A stretch of 64,000 nt of DNA from Lachnospiraceae bacterium UBA1755 (lineage in GTDB: Bacteria > Bacillota > Clostridia > Lachnospirales > Lachnospiraceae). Every line of letters begins with the position of its first letter. Within the stretch, counting starts at the first letter, position 1. The translations under genes were made by a program, and so were the position numbers. Under the pieces are notes generated by a model. It had not been told where the DNA came from. It saw only the letters and a list, made by a program, of their open reading frames with translations, and ran no database searches. Below are positions 54,403-63,658 of the stretch, one piece after another. The stretch spans positions 31,957-95,956 of the forward strand of contig DCHJ01000038.1 of the NCBI GenBank assembly GCA_002314805.1. Direction: 5' to 3'.

Positions 54403-54978
54403 TCACTTCAGCAAGGTGACAATAAAAGCCCCTGCCGTGATCGCAGGTCCCAGTGGTATTCCACGCTTTTGTGGCCTGAAAAAAACCAGGAAAGAGATGA
54501 TAGCAATGATGCATGCTGTCAGGATGATATACAGCATTTCCCAAACCCCATAATGCAGTCCAAGAGCAAACAGCAGCTTAATATCTCCCCTTCCGACCAT
54601 TTTTCTTCGCTTTACAGCTTCGGCCGCAAGTATTACAGGAAATATGATAATGACCGGAATGCAGCCTGTAACAAGTGCCGGTAACGACGTTCCTCCGATA
54701 AGCCTGAGCAGTGAAAGTACCGACACAGCAGCAGCAAGTCGATTGGGCAAAAGCCTCTGTCGTATATCAAGTGTTGATGCACGTATCAACAGCAGGATCA
54801 GCAATGAATACCGCAGTGTACAGGATGCAAAGCGTACCGGAGGATCCATACTCACACCATACTTAATCGCTATACAGACTATCATCAGTATCGCGATCAT
54901 AACAGGAATGATCTGTTCTCCTGTGTACGAACCGTCCTTTCTTTCCGATGTACGGTCACTGCTGCTGTGCAAGGTCAT
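54403..54978 (-). CDS. A24-family prepilin (type IV leader) peptidase, stand-alone
   Basis: Polytopic. Catalytic Asp contexts STLDIRQRLLPNRL and GRGDIKLLFALGL. No N-methyltransferase domain. No pilin or secretion genes in the window. Confidence 0.7.
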   Translation of the reverse strand: MTLHSSSDRTSERKDGSYTGEQIIPVMIAILMIVCIAIKYGVSMDPPVRFASCTLRYSLLILLLIRASTLDIRQRLLPNRLAAAVSVLSLLRLIGGTSLPALVTGCIPVIIIFPVILAAEAVKRRKMVGRGDIKLLFALGLHYGVWEMLYIILTACIIAIISFLVFFRPQKRGIPLGPAITAGAFIVTLLK

Positions 54979-55106
54979 TCTTTTGCTCCGTGAGCCTTAA
55001 GGAATTCACCGTATTTTCTATCAAGCTCGCAGGCCGGCACCTCGGGCTTTAACCATTCCATCGCAGTAAGCTGTGCCTCCATGCCTGCCGGCTGCTCTGC
55101 CTGCAT
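54975..55106 (-). CDS. Candidate 43-aa ORF translationally coupled to the prepilin peptidase
   Basis: My own translation: MQAEQPAGMEAQLTAMEWLKPEVPACELDRKYGEFLKAHGAKE. Its TGA overlaps the peptidase ATG (gaATGAcc). RBS-like GAGAAGGG lies immediately upstream but with short spacing. No recognisable family. Confidence 0.3.
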   Translation of the reverse strand: MQAEQPAGMEAQLTAMEWLKPEVPACELDRKYGEFLKAHGAKE

Positions 55107-55232
55107 ACCCTTCTCTGCTGCTCAAACTTGCCATTGTAAACACTTTCTGTTAATGACTCAATATAATATTAGCACTGTCAGGCACGCAGGCACAGCTGTC
55201 AAAAATGGTTAATACTTCCGACTGGCAACGGA

Positions 55233-56735
55233 TCAGATCTCAACTACCCTGATACCGATATAATCTGCATAGAGCCTGAGGATATCGCTGTAATCACCGT
55301 AGACCATACATACATGATGTGCCACACCTTCATCTACTATCCTTCTTATATATTCCTTGATCCCCAGGGACTCGTGTCTGAAATGGAACTGCGGTGCGAA
55401 GCATGGAGCACACGGCAGTTCAACATTCTCACCCTTTGAGATAAGGAGCTTCCATCCATCTTTTCCGTCAAGCAGGCATGCAAGAGTTACCTTACCCGGT
55501 TTTCCGCAGTACTCCACGCTCATGCCATGTCCTGTGAAATCCCATTTCTCCGGTGAGGGTGTGACTCTGCACTTCTTAAGATCATTGGCATGCTTATTGG
55601 GATCCACTACTCCGTGATGTGTGAGAAGCAGCGTATCACTCTTGCGGTCAAAGGCTGACCACTCAAGGAATATCGGAAGATCTCCGCTGAGCTTATGAAG
55701 TATATACTTCATGACAAGGTTGGCAAGATCACCCTCGTGTGTAGTAATACAGCCGTCACGCTCTGCACAGTAAAATGAGAAATCAGCCGATGCTCTGGTA
55801 GCAACCTCTACATGATGCTGTCCCAGGAGAGTCATACCGTCGATACCGAAACGCCTTATCATCCTGGTGACTGCAAGTCCCAGCTTTACTGACTTGTGGA
55901 CATCCTCATCATCTATCCCTTCAAAAGGAACAGGAAACTCCGCTCTGACTTCCTTCTCAAAGGCATTTACTTCATCTTCCGTAAGAGCCTGCCAGATATC
56001 TGTAAGATGGGTAACATCCAGATAGAGCACATTAGGTCCGAACACACCCTTTATCTTTGTCTTATCAACTTCGATATCATACATGCCCCTGAAGGTATGG
56101 CCAACAAATCCGATGTCCATATGCTTGAGATCTTCGATGAGCTGGACAATGCTGAGGTGGTCACCGATCTCACGGAAGGCCTCCTCATCTTCAAGAGATC
56201 CTACTACGGTACGGTACTCCCGCCCCATCTTGGTCATAGCGCCCGCCAGCTGTGTTGTTCCTACAAGACCTTCAAATCTGATAACGTCTGAATTGACCAT
56301 CGTATCCCAGAGATCATCATATGCCTGTGTTGCGAACAGGATGACCGGGATATCCGGGATCAGATCGAGCGTCTGAAGAGGAATGAAATCCGTGATATAT
56401 GTAGATTCATCGATGATGAGTACATCGATAAACTGTTCTTTAAAATAAGTACCGATATCAAATGCAAGATTCAAGGTATCGATATGCTTATCAGGATATA
56501 CGAGTTCATACTTATCTGAGAACCTCTCCTTCATTATCTCAACGAATCTGTCGCTGTCTGCCTGTATTGCATCCCGCATCTTATTGTCCGGGAACATCGG
56601 CCACCACTCAAACCATGAGAGCGGAAGGAGTCCGACTCTTAATCTATGTCTTTTATTCTTTCTGGCTTTTGAAACTATATCGCCGAAATCATCGTTCCCG
56701 GCAACCTCAAATGATTTTATGAATTCTTCACTCAT
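55233..56735 (-). CDS. Divergent L-arabinose/L-fucose isomerase-family sugar isomerase
   Basis: 500 aa, the same length as AraA. By-eye correspondences to E. coli AraA: GEGD vs HEGD; GSHML vs LTHHG; C-terminal AHHTVFS..DMRQFAEMHDIEITVI vs AHHVCMVYGDYSDILRLYADYIGIRVVEI. Confidence 0.55.
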   Translation of the reverse strand: MSEEFIKSFEVAGNDDFGDIVSKARKNKRHRLRVGLLPLSWFEWWPMFPDNKMRDAIQADSDRFVEIMKERFSDKYELVYPDKHIDTLNLAFDIGTYFKEQFIDVLIIDESTYITDFIPLQTLDLIPDIPVILFATQAYDDLWDTMVNSDVIRFEGLVGTTQLAGAMTKMGREYRTVVGSLEDEEAFREIGDHLSIVQLIEDLKHMDIGFVGHTFRGMYDIEVDKTKIKGVFGPNVLYLDVTHLTDIWQALTEDEVNAFEKEVRAEFPVPFEGIDDEDVHKSVKLGLAVTRMIRRFGIDGMTLLGQHHVEVATRASADFSFYCAERDGCITTHEGDLANLVMKYILHKLSGDLPIFLEWSAFDRKSDTLLLTHHGVVDPNKHANDLKKCRVTPSPEKWDFTGHGMSVEYCGKPGKVTLACLLDGKDGWKLLISKGENVELPCAPCFAPQFHFRHESLGIKEYIRRIVDEGVAHHVCMVYGDYSDILRLYADYIGIRVVEI

Positions 56736-56786
56736 GTATTCTCTCTCCTTGCTGTAATTATGAAAGAATCCTTTATTCAGTATTGA

Positions 56787-57833
56787 TCACCAACCTTTAA
56801 CTCCCCAGTTCTCCTTAACGGATGAATCTGTGGACTGTCTTATGATAAGTTTGCCGTCAAGTACCAGCTTCTCTCCCTTATCCGGATGGTTCCGGATCAT
56901 GTCTACAAGCATTTCGACAGATCTGTATCCCATCTCGTATCTTGGCAGATCAATTGTAGTAAGCGACGGATTGATAAGCGAAGTAACAAACACTCCATCA
57001 GCACCGATGACCGCAATATCCTCAGGTATCCTTTTACCTGCTTCCCGTATTGCTTTCATCGCGCCTATGGCCATCTGGTCATTCTCTGCAAAAACCGCGT
57101 CCCAGTCTGCTCCGTTTTCAAGAGCCTGTGATGCCAGGACGTAGCCGCTTTCGGTAAAGTAATCTCCGTGCATTACAGAGGCTTTCCTGAAGCTTATCCC
57201 GTGCTTTCTGAATACCTTTCTGCAGGCAGTCATCGTGTCACGGTATACAGGAAGATCCGGCCCGGTGATGAGTCCGATCTTCTTCCTGCCTATGCTGATA
57301 AGATATTCCAGTGCCTCCGTAGTATATTTGACCTGGTCAAACAGTATTACACCAAGTTCCTCTGCCGAAAACGGCGTTTCCAATGCAACGACCGGAACCT
57401 TTTTTTCTGTAGGGTCGCCAATCAATACCTTTTGGTATTCTTCGATATTGTCTGATGCGCAGCAGGAGTCAATAACTATCCCGTCTACCCAGCTGGATTT
57501 CAGCTGATTGAGATATTCCTTTTCTTTTTCAAAGTCATATTCAGTACTGTAATAGAAAAGCTTATATCCCTTTTCCTTTGCAGCGGCCTCTATCCCTTCA
57601 AGGACCTCCGGGAAAAAGACCATGCGGATATTTGGCAGAATAACACCTATGTTCATGGTATGCCTGCGTTTCATGCTTGCAGCCATTTCATTAGTCTTAT
57701 ACCCAAGCTCCCGGATCGCCTTATTGACCTTATCCACCTGTCCGGGGCCTACGTATTTCGTCCCGTTGATAACATGTGAGACCGTTGCTATTGAGACTCC
57801 TGCCAACCTTGCGACATCAGTAATTGTTGCCAT
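56787..57833 (-). CDS. LacI-family transcriptional regulator
   Basis: MATITDVARLAGVSIATVSHVINGTKYV HTH, plus a periplasmic-binding-like effector domain. Confidence 0.9.
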   Translation of the reverse strand: MATITDVARLAGVSIATVSHVINGTKYVGPGQVDKVNKAIRELGYKTNEMAASMKRRHTMNIGVILPNIRMVFFPEVLEGIEAAAKEKGYKLFYYSTEYDFEKEKEYLNQLKSSWVDGIVIDSCCASDNIEEYQKVLIGDPTEKKVPVVALETPFSAEELGVILFDQVKYTTEALEYLISIGRKKIGLITGPDLPVYRDTMTACRKVFRKHGISFRKASVMHGDYFTESGYVLASQALENGADWDAVFAENDQMAIGAMKAIREAGKRIPEDIAVIGADGVFVTSLINPSLTTIDLPRYEMGYRSVEMLVDMIRNHPDKGEKLVLDGKLIIRQSTDSSVKENWGVKGW

Positions 57834-57874
57834 TCTTCACCTCTCTACCGGCTTATTCACACTAAATCAAACCA

Positions 57875-57913
57875 CATCTGCACAGGATATGCAAGTACCT
57901 GTGACCGCAGATG
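57875..57913 (-). terminator. Hairpin between the ABC-transporter genes and lacI-family gene (possible attenuator or terminator)
   Basis: On the minus strand: catctgc-ggt-cacagg ... cctgtgcagatg, followed by tggtttgattt. The stem has a 3-nt bulge. Confidence 0.35.
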
Positions 57914-57935
57914 CAATATGCCGATATTAAAAGGA

Positions 57936-59075
57936 TCAGAAGTTAAAGTCGTTTACATTGCTCTGATCATAGATAAGAGCCTTGCCCATCAGGATCTCCT
58001 TGCCGCCTGACTCACCCTCGATGATCGCCTTCTCGCCGGCCTTTGAGTTGAACTTTTCAGCTGTCTTGGGATCAAGCTCGCCCCTTGCAATTGCAACTGC
58101 TGTCTCAACTGCAAGATATCCGAGATCATATACTGACCAGAGTACACCATGGTTAAGCGGATTCTTCTCATCGTTGATATAGTCTGCAAGTCCGAGAGGA
58201 GTAGCTACGCCTGCAAGCACTACATTTGGCTTCTCACCTGAAACGTTGTTCCATGCTGCTGCGATTGCCGGAGCTGACATGGTTGACATACCGATGATAG
58301 CATTGATCTGTGATCCGTCCTTAGCATCTCCTGCAAGTGCCATTGCCTGTGCTGCTGCATTCTGAGCTGCTGCCTCGTCTGAACCGGGTGTCCAGATATC
58401 GCCGCCCTTGAAGCCTGTCTCATCACAGTCAAGTGTCATCCAGCTGTACTCATCGGTCTGAAGGAGATCTCTGATCGCCACGCACCATGAGTTAGTTGAC
58501 TCGTCAACGCCTGAGCCTGAGATAAGAGCGATACGTGCGGGAGTACCCGGGCCGAAGCCGTTCTTCTTAAGGTCACCGGCAATTGCCTCTACGAGTCCGA
58601 GTCCGATATCAGCCGCTGTCGCCTGATTAACCATGATATCCCTTGAATCTACCTGTGCATCGCAGTCATAGGTTACGACACCGATGCCATTCTTCATAGC
58701 CGCCTGAAGTGTAGGAGCGATACCCTCCGAATCGCACGGAGCAATAACGATACCATCAACACCGTTGGCGATGAAGGAGTTGAGGATCTCAACCTGCTTA
58801 GCATTTGTTGCTTCACTCTGACTCGGTCCGTCGTAGAAAAGCTCTACACCGAGATCCTTGGCTGCTGCCTCTGCACCCTCTCTGCATCCGTCAAAATAAT
58901 TCTCTCCCTTGAACTGCGGGAGCATACATATCCTGAGCTTCTCACCTGACTTTGCTGCCTCACCTGATGCAGCTGCCTCAGCTGCCGGCTCTGCCTTCTT
59001 TGCACAGCCGCTTAAGGCTGCGAGTACCATAACTGCTGCAAGCATCAATGCAACTACTTTTTTCAATGACTTCAT
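57936..59075 (-). CDS. Sugar ABC transporter substrate-binding lipoprotein (CUT2; LsrB/RhaS-like)
   Basis: Lipobox LAALSGC. Binding-protein fold I pattern: KLRICMLPQFKGENYFD..DGIVIAPCD. Confidence 0.85.
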   Translation of the reverse strand: MKSLKKVVALMLAAVMVLAALSGCAKKAEPAAEAAASGEAAKSGEKLRICMLPQFKGENYFDGCREGAEAAAKDLGVELFYDGPSQSEATNAKQVEILNSFIANGVDGIVIAPCDSEGIAPTLQAAMKNGIGVVTYDCDAQVDSRDIMVNQATAADIGLGLVEAIAGDLKKNGFGPGTPARIALISGSGVDESTNSWCVAIRDLLQTDEYSWMTLDCDETGFKGGDIWTPGSDEAAAQNAAAQAMALAGDAKDGSQINAIIGMSTMSAPAIAAAWNNVSGEKPNVVLAGVATPLGLADYINDEKNPLNHGVLWSVYDLGYLAVETAVAIARGELDPKTAEKFNSKAGEKAIIEGESGGKEILMGKALIYDQSNVNDFNF

Positions 59076-59089
59076 AATCTTCCCTCCGT

Positions 59090-60073
59090 TTAAACTGTTT
59101 TTTTGAAAACCTTGTTTTTTGCTACCCGCTTATCAATTATCTGGGAAATCATAAGACTCGCAAGGAGTATTACACCCAGAACAATCTTCTGTGATGTCTG
59201 AGGGATGAACAGGATGTTCATTCCTGACTTAATGATGGCCATAATGATGATACTGAGTATGGATCCAAGTATACTTCCCGATCCGCCCAGGATACTCGTA
59301 CCTCCCAGGAGGACAACTGTGATTACCTGCAGAGTAAGCGGATCTGCGGAGTCATATCTCAGGGATGAGAACCTGCCCAGATAGACCATACCGGCGATCG
59401 CATAGCACAATCCGCCGATCACATACAATGTGACCTTGATATTGTCCACCTTAACTCCCGAATACCTTGCCGCCTGCTCATTAAGACCAAGTGAAAAGAT
59501 ATATCTTCCGAAGCACGTCTTCTCAAGAAGGATATAGAATATGACAGCAAGTATCACGAAGACAAATGCCTGTGTCGGGATACCGATAATAGTGCCCATT
59601 CCGAGGAAGGTGGCAAATTCATAGCTGCTCACGCTGGCTCCGACAGATACTATGCCCATTGTGACGCCCTCTGCGATACCCTTATACAGATACATCGTAG
59701 CAAGTGTCATGATCAGCGGCGGAAGCTTGAACTTTGCGATCATAAGACCGTTGACCAATCCTCCGAGAGCTCCTATCAGGAGGGCAACCAGTACAGCCAC
59801 AAAGCTGTTGGTATATCTTGCCACGATAGCACTCAGGATAGCTGATACAATGAGCAGGGCGTTCATGGAGAAATCAATGCCGCCGCTTATGATGATTATC
59901 GTCGCCGGCAGTACCATGATCCCGATCTCTATGATCTGCTTTGCAGTTTCAGCAATATAGTTGCCGCTGAAGAAATTGGGCTTTGCAATACCGACACCGA
60001 CAAACATGACCACTGCAATGATGAACAGTGCCATGTTATATGTAAACCTGAATGGCTTCCTTGTCTTACTCAT
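59090..60073 (-). CDS. Sugar ABC transporter permease (RbsC-like)
   Basis: 327 aa, about 9-10 TM segments, ..VVLLGGTSILGGSGSILGS.. motif typical of CUT2 permeases. Confidence 0.85.
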   Translation of the reverse strand: MSKTRKPFRFTYNMALFIIAVVMFVGVGIAKPNFFSGNYIAETAKQIIEIGIMVLPATIIIISGGIDFSMNALLIVSAILSAIVARYTNSFVAVLVALLIGALGGLVNGLMIAKFKLPPLIMTLATMYLYKGIAEGVTMGIVSVGASVSSYEFATFLGMGTIIGIPTQAFVFVILAVIFYILLEKTCFGRYIFSLGLNEQAARYSGVKVDNIKVTLYVIGGLCYAIAGMVYLGRFSSLRYDSADPLTLQVITVVLLGGTSILGGSGSILGSILSIIIMAIIKSGMNILFIPQTSQKIVLGVILLASLMISQIIDKRVAKNKVFKKTV

Positions 60074-61066
60074 TTATTCATCCTCCTCTACAAGTATTTT
60101 AGAAGAGTTTCTTTTCTCTGCTGCCTTCGTACGGATAACACTTGCTATGATAGCCGTAACGATGATGACACCCATGAAAAGATTGGTCCAGTAGGTATTG
60201 ATCCCTATGAATACCAGAGCCGGACTTACGATAGCCAGGAACAGTGCTCCCAAAGCAGTGCCGTATACCTTGCCGGAGCCTCCTGACGGATTGGTACCTC
60301 CGACGATTACTGCGGCAATGGCATTCATCTCAAGGTTGGTACCGATGGTACATGTCACTCTGTTGCCGTTGGTGGCAAGGATAAGTGAACTGAAGGCAAG
60401 AAGACCGCCGGATATGATGTATACGATCAGGAGCGTATTCTCCACATTGATACCTATATTCCTTGCTGCCTGTGCATTATTGCCGATCGCATATACATTC
60501 TTCATGAATCGTGAATACCTGAAGAAGAATATAAAGATCACAAGAAGCACCAGCGAGATCAATACACATAACGGCAGTATGCCGAACAGATTGGTCTCAA
60601 AGGTGAACCATGTCCATTCCTTTGGCAGGTTATAGATAGATCCGTCAACCACAAGGAGCAGCGCGCCGTAATAGATCTGGCTTGTAGCCAGCGTGACCAC
60701 CATTGCGGGAAGTCCGAATCTGGTGATAACGAAGCCGTTGAAGCCGCAGAGCAGTGCTCCGACCACTATACCTATGGGAAGGAAAGCAGCAAAGTTAAGT
60801 CCTGCCTTGCAGAGTCCTGCGCATACTATCGCGATCACAGATACCACTGCACCGAAGGAAATATCTGTATTACCTGAAATGAAGATCATATTCATGCCTA
60901 TTGCAGCTATGAAGGTATAGCTGAATACTCTCATAACCTGCATGATGCTCTGAATACTGAAAAATCCGGGTGCTATAAACGCCAGAATAATCATTACAGC
61001 AATGATCAAGAGGCCGACTACAGCTTCCGCTGACAAAGTTTTTCCTGTTTTAGTCAATTTGATCAC
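60074..61066 (-). CDS. Sugar ABC transporter permease (RbsC-like), second subunit
   Basis: 330 aa, ..AAVIVGGTNPSGGSGKVYGT... Directly abuts the next permease gene. Confidence 0.85.
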   Translation of the reverse strand: MIKLTKTGKTLSAEAVVGLLIIAVMIILAFIAPGFFSIQSIMQVMRVFSYTFIAAIGMNMIFISGNTDISFGAVVSVIAIVCAGLCKAGLNFAAFLPIGIVVGALLCGFNGFVITRFGLPAMVVTLATSQIYYGALLLVVDGSIYNLPKEWTWFTFETNLFGILPLCVLISLVLLVIFIFFFRYSRFMKNVYAIGNNAQAARNIGINVENTLLIVYIISGGLLAFSSLILATNGNRVTCTIGTNLEMNAIAAVIVGGTNPSGGSGKVYGTALGALFLAIVSPALVFIGINTYWTNLFMGVIIVTAIIASVIRTKAAEKRNSSKILVEEDE

Positions 61067-61075
61067 CTCTCTCCC

Positions 61076-62584
61076 TTATTGCTCCTGCTCCTGAACGTTC
61101 AGAGAAACGTTAAGGATCTTTTCCTGCGTAGCCTCAGCCCTGTCAAAGCATCTGACAACCTCTCCTGTCTTCATGACATATATCCTGTCACACATTCCCA
61201 AAAGCTCGGGAAGCTCTGAAGAGATCATCAGGATAGCCATGCCCTCGCTGACAAGCTCGCTGATAAGCTTATGTATCTCTGCCTTGGCATTGACGTCGAC
61301 ACCTCTGGTCGGCTCATCCAGGATGAGTATCCTGGGCTTTACAGCCACGCCCTTTGCTACTGATATCTTCTGCTGATTGCCGCCGGAAAGGTTTCCTGCA
61401 AGAAAATCCGTCCCGGGGGTCTTGATATCAAATCTGTCAATATACTCCGATGCAAGTACTTCTTCAGCATTGAAATCAATAAAACCGTTTCTTGAAAGCT
61501 TCTTTATCTGAGGAAGCGAGATATTGTCCTTTACGCTCATCCTTCTGATGATCCCGTACTTGCCCCTGTCTTCACTTACATATACGATCCCATGCTCCAT
61601 GGACTCAATATATGACCCGATGGTTATCTCTTTGCCCTCAAAAATGATCCTGCCCTTATCCGGCTTTGTGAAACCGCAGATGGCATGGGCAAGCTCTGTC
61701 CTTCCGGCCCCTGCAAGTCCGCTCAGACCGACTATCTCACCTCTGCGGATATTAAGATCAACATTCCTGAACAGACCGGTCTGCCCGAAGCCCTGCAGTT
61801 CAAGCACTACTTCTCCGATATGCGGTTCAGCTTTGGGGTAGAACTGCGATATTTCACGGCCTACCATATCCGACACCAGCCTGCTCTTGTTCATATCGGA
61901 TACATTATTGGTCGATATCCACTCACCGTCACGGATAACCGTCACCCTGTCACATATCTTGAAGATCTCTTCAAGACGGTGGCTGATATAAACTATCGCA
62001 ACTCCCTGACTGCTCAGTCTCCTGATGATGCCAAACAGCGCATCCACTTCCTTCTGAGTCAGCGATGCAGTAGGCTCATCCATGATCAGGATCTTTGCCT
62101 TAAAGGTAAGCGCCTTGGCTATCTCAACCACCTGCTTCTGAGCCATTCCGATATCCTGGACAAGCCTGTGTACATCAATGTCGAAGGAAAGATCTGCCAG
62201 TATGTCCTTTATCTTCTTTTCCATCGCCGGATAATCAATTACCGTAAGCCCTGCCACCTTCTTCGTTATCTGATGGCATAAGAAGATGTTGTCAAGGATA
62301 GTCATCTGTCCGAACAGATTAGTCTCCTGGTGCATGATCGCAATTCCCTTCTCAAATGCATCGTTGGGATTGTCGATATGCACCTCATTTCCATCAATAA
62401 AGATTTTTCCCGAGTCTGCCTGGTATACACCCGATACGATCTTCATCAGAGTGGACTTTCCCGCACCGTTTTCACCGCAGATCGCATGGACCTCACCGGG
62501 CCTTACATTGAAAGACATGTCAGTCAGAGCCTTTACTCCCGGGAACGATTTATTGATATTTTCAAGTCTTAAAATATCTTCCAT
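61076..62584 (-). CDS. Sugar ABC transporter ATP-binding protein (duplicated ABC domains)
   Basis: GENGAGKST and GLAGAGRTE Walker A motifs. LSGGNQQK signature. Start at MEDILRLENINKSF. Confidence 0.9.
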   Translation of the reverse strand: MEDILRLENINKSFPGVKALTDMSFNVRPGEVHAICGENGAGKSTLMKIVSGVYQADSGKIFIDGNEVHIDNPNDAFEKGIAIMHQETNLFGQMTILDNIFLCHQITKKVAGLTVIDYPAMEKKIKDILADLSFDIDVHRLVQDIGMAQKQVVEIAKALTFKAKILIMDEPTASLTQKEVDALFGIIRRLSSQGVAIVYISHRLEEIFKICDRVTVIRDGEWISTNNVSDMNKSRLVSDMVGREISQFYPKAEPHIGEVVLELQGFGQTGLFRNVDLNIRRGEIVGLSGLAGAGRTELAHAICGFTKPDKGRIIFEGKEITIGSYIESMEHGIVYVSEDRGKYGIIRRMSVKDNISLPQIKKLSRNGFIDFNAEEVLASEYIDRFDIKTPGTDFLAGNLSGGNQQKISVAKGVAVKPRILILDEPTRGVDVNAKAEIHKLISELVSEGMAILMISSELPELLGMCDRIYVMKTGEVVRCFDRAEATQEKILNVSLNVQEQEQ

Positions 62585-62599
62585 TTTCCCTCTCACCCC

Positions 62600-63643
62600 T
62601 TATCTTCGTGAGCATAAGAACCTCTTTGGATTCTCATATAAAATAGTTTCCATATCTTCCCTTCTCATACCCTCATTGAGCATCATAGGAATGATATTGG
62701 TAAAAATATGGTCATAGCCCCAGCCGCCGTACTTATGAAGCAGGCACTTAAGGCACACATCCGTTGCAATGATGATCCTGTCAGCATGGCCCTCGCCTAT
62801 CAGCTTTATCATCATCCTTACCCTCTCCGGATCCGTTGCAAACGGCCCGCCTGAGAAGGCTGCATCTGCCTTGGGGAAATAATACTCCTTGCCGAAATCA
62901 TCAAACTCCACATATACTCCAAGATCAAAAAGAGCGTTAAGATATGCGGGGTTGAATTCCACATCCATATGGCAGATGCATATCTGATCAGGTCTCACTC
63001 CCTCCGAGATCAGGATCTCTGCTGCCTCTACGCTTGTACGGCTCCACGGATATGTATGCACATATATCGGAAGTCCCGTGGCAAGGTTGGCCCTTGCCGA
63101 TGCACGCAGGGATCTGTCTTCAAGATCATCTATCACATCACTCACTCCGATCTCTCCGATCACTCCCGGCTTAATACCTGTCGCAGCATCCCCGTTGGTG
63201 ATATCATCTATCATCCATGCTGCCAGCTCATCAACACTCATTGATCGGTACGGTTCTCCGATGGTGAGGCTGTAATACAGACCGCACCCTGCCACGATAT
63301 TGATACCTGTCCTCTCGCTGACTTCCTTCATCATAGCCATATCCCTGTCAATACCGAAGTTGGTAAGGTCAACAAGTGTACTGACACCAGCCTTTTTAAG
63401 GCGTGAAACCTCGGCCACACAGGTCTCAACATCACTAACCTGCATATTGTCACGGACAAGGAAAGGATTCCTTCTGAGGACATCGATGTTGTCAATACTC
63501 ACCGGCTGATTAAAAAGCTCAGCCGCTTCCTGATCCTCGGGAGTCTGTGCTTCAAAGGTGGTATCTATCAGACAATGCTCGTGCGGAGCGATAACTCCAA
63601 GCTCACTTTCGTCTATAGGTCCTAAAACTGTCTCAATAGTCAT
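62600..63643 (-). CDS. Phosphotriesterase-family (PTE/PHP, amidohydrolase superfamily) hydrolase, probably a lactonase-type enzyme
   Basis: HxH metal motif in GVIAPHEHCLID. Further His/Asp positions in ..PIYVHTYPW.., ..ICICHMD.., ..IIIATDV... 347 aa. Confidence 0.8.
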   Translation of the reverse strand: MTIETVLGPIDESELGVIAPHEHCLIDTTFEAQTPEDQEAAELFNQPVSIDNIDVLRRNPFLVRDNMQVSDVETCVAEVSRLKKAGVSTLVDLTNFGIDRDMAMMKEVSERTGINIVAGCGLYYSLTIGEPYRSMSVDELAAWMIDDITNGDAATGIKPGVIGEIGVSDVIDDLEDRSLRASARANLATGLPIYVHTYPWSRTSVEAAEILISEGVRPDQICICHMDVEFNPAYLNALFDLGVYVEFDDFGKEYYFPKADAAFSGGPFATDPERVRMMIKLIGEGHADRIIIATDVCLKCLLHKYGGWGYDHIFTNIIPMMLNEGMRREDMETILYENPKRFLCSRR

Positions 63644-63658
63644 ACTGTCACCCCGCCA

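Noticed and set aside
56736-56786. Possible LacI-type operator TGAAAGAATCCTTTATTCA between the lacI-family gene and the isomerase
   Set aside because: Only 6 of 9 positions are symmetric, and it lacks the central CG typical of LacI/CcpA-family sites. This is not convincing without comparative data.
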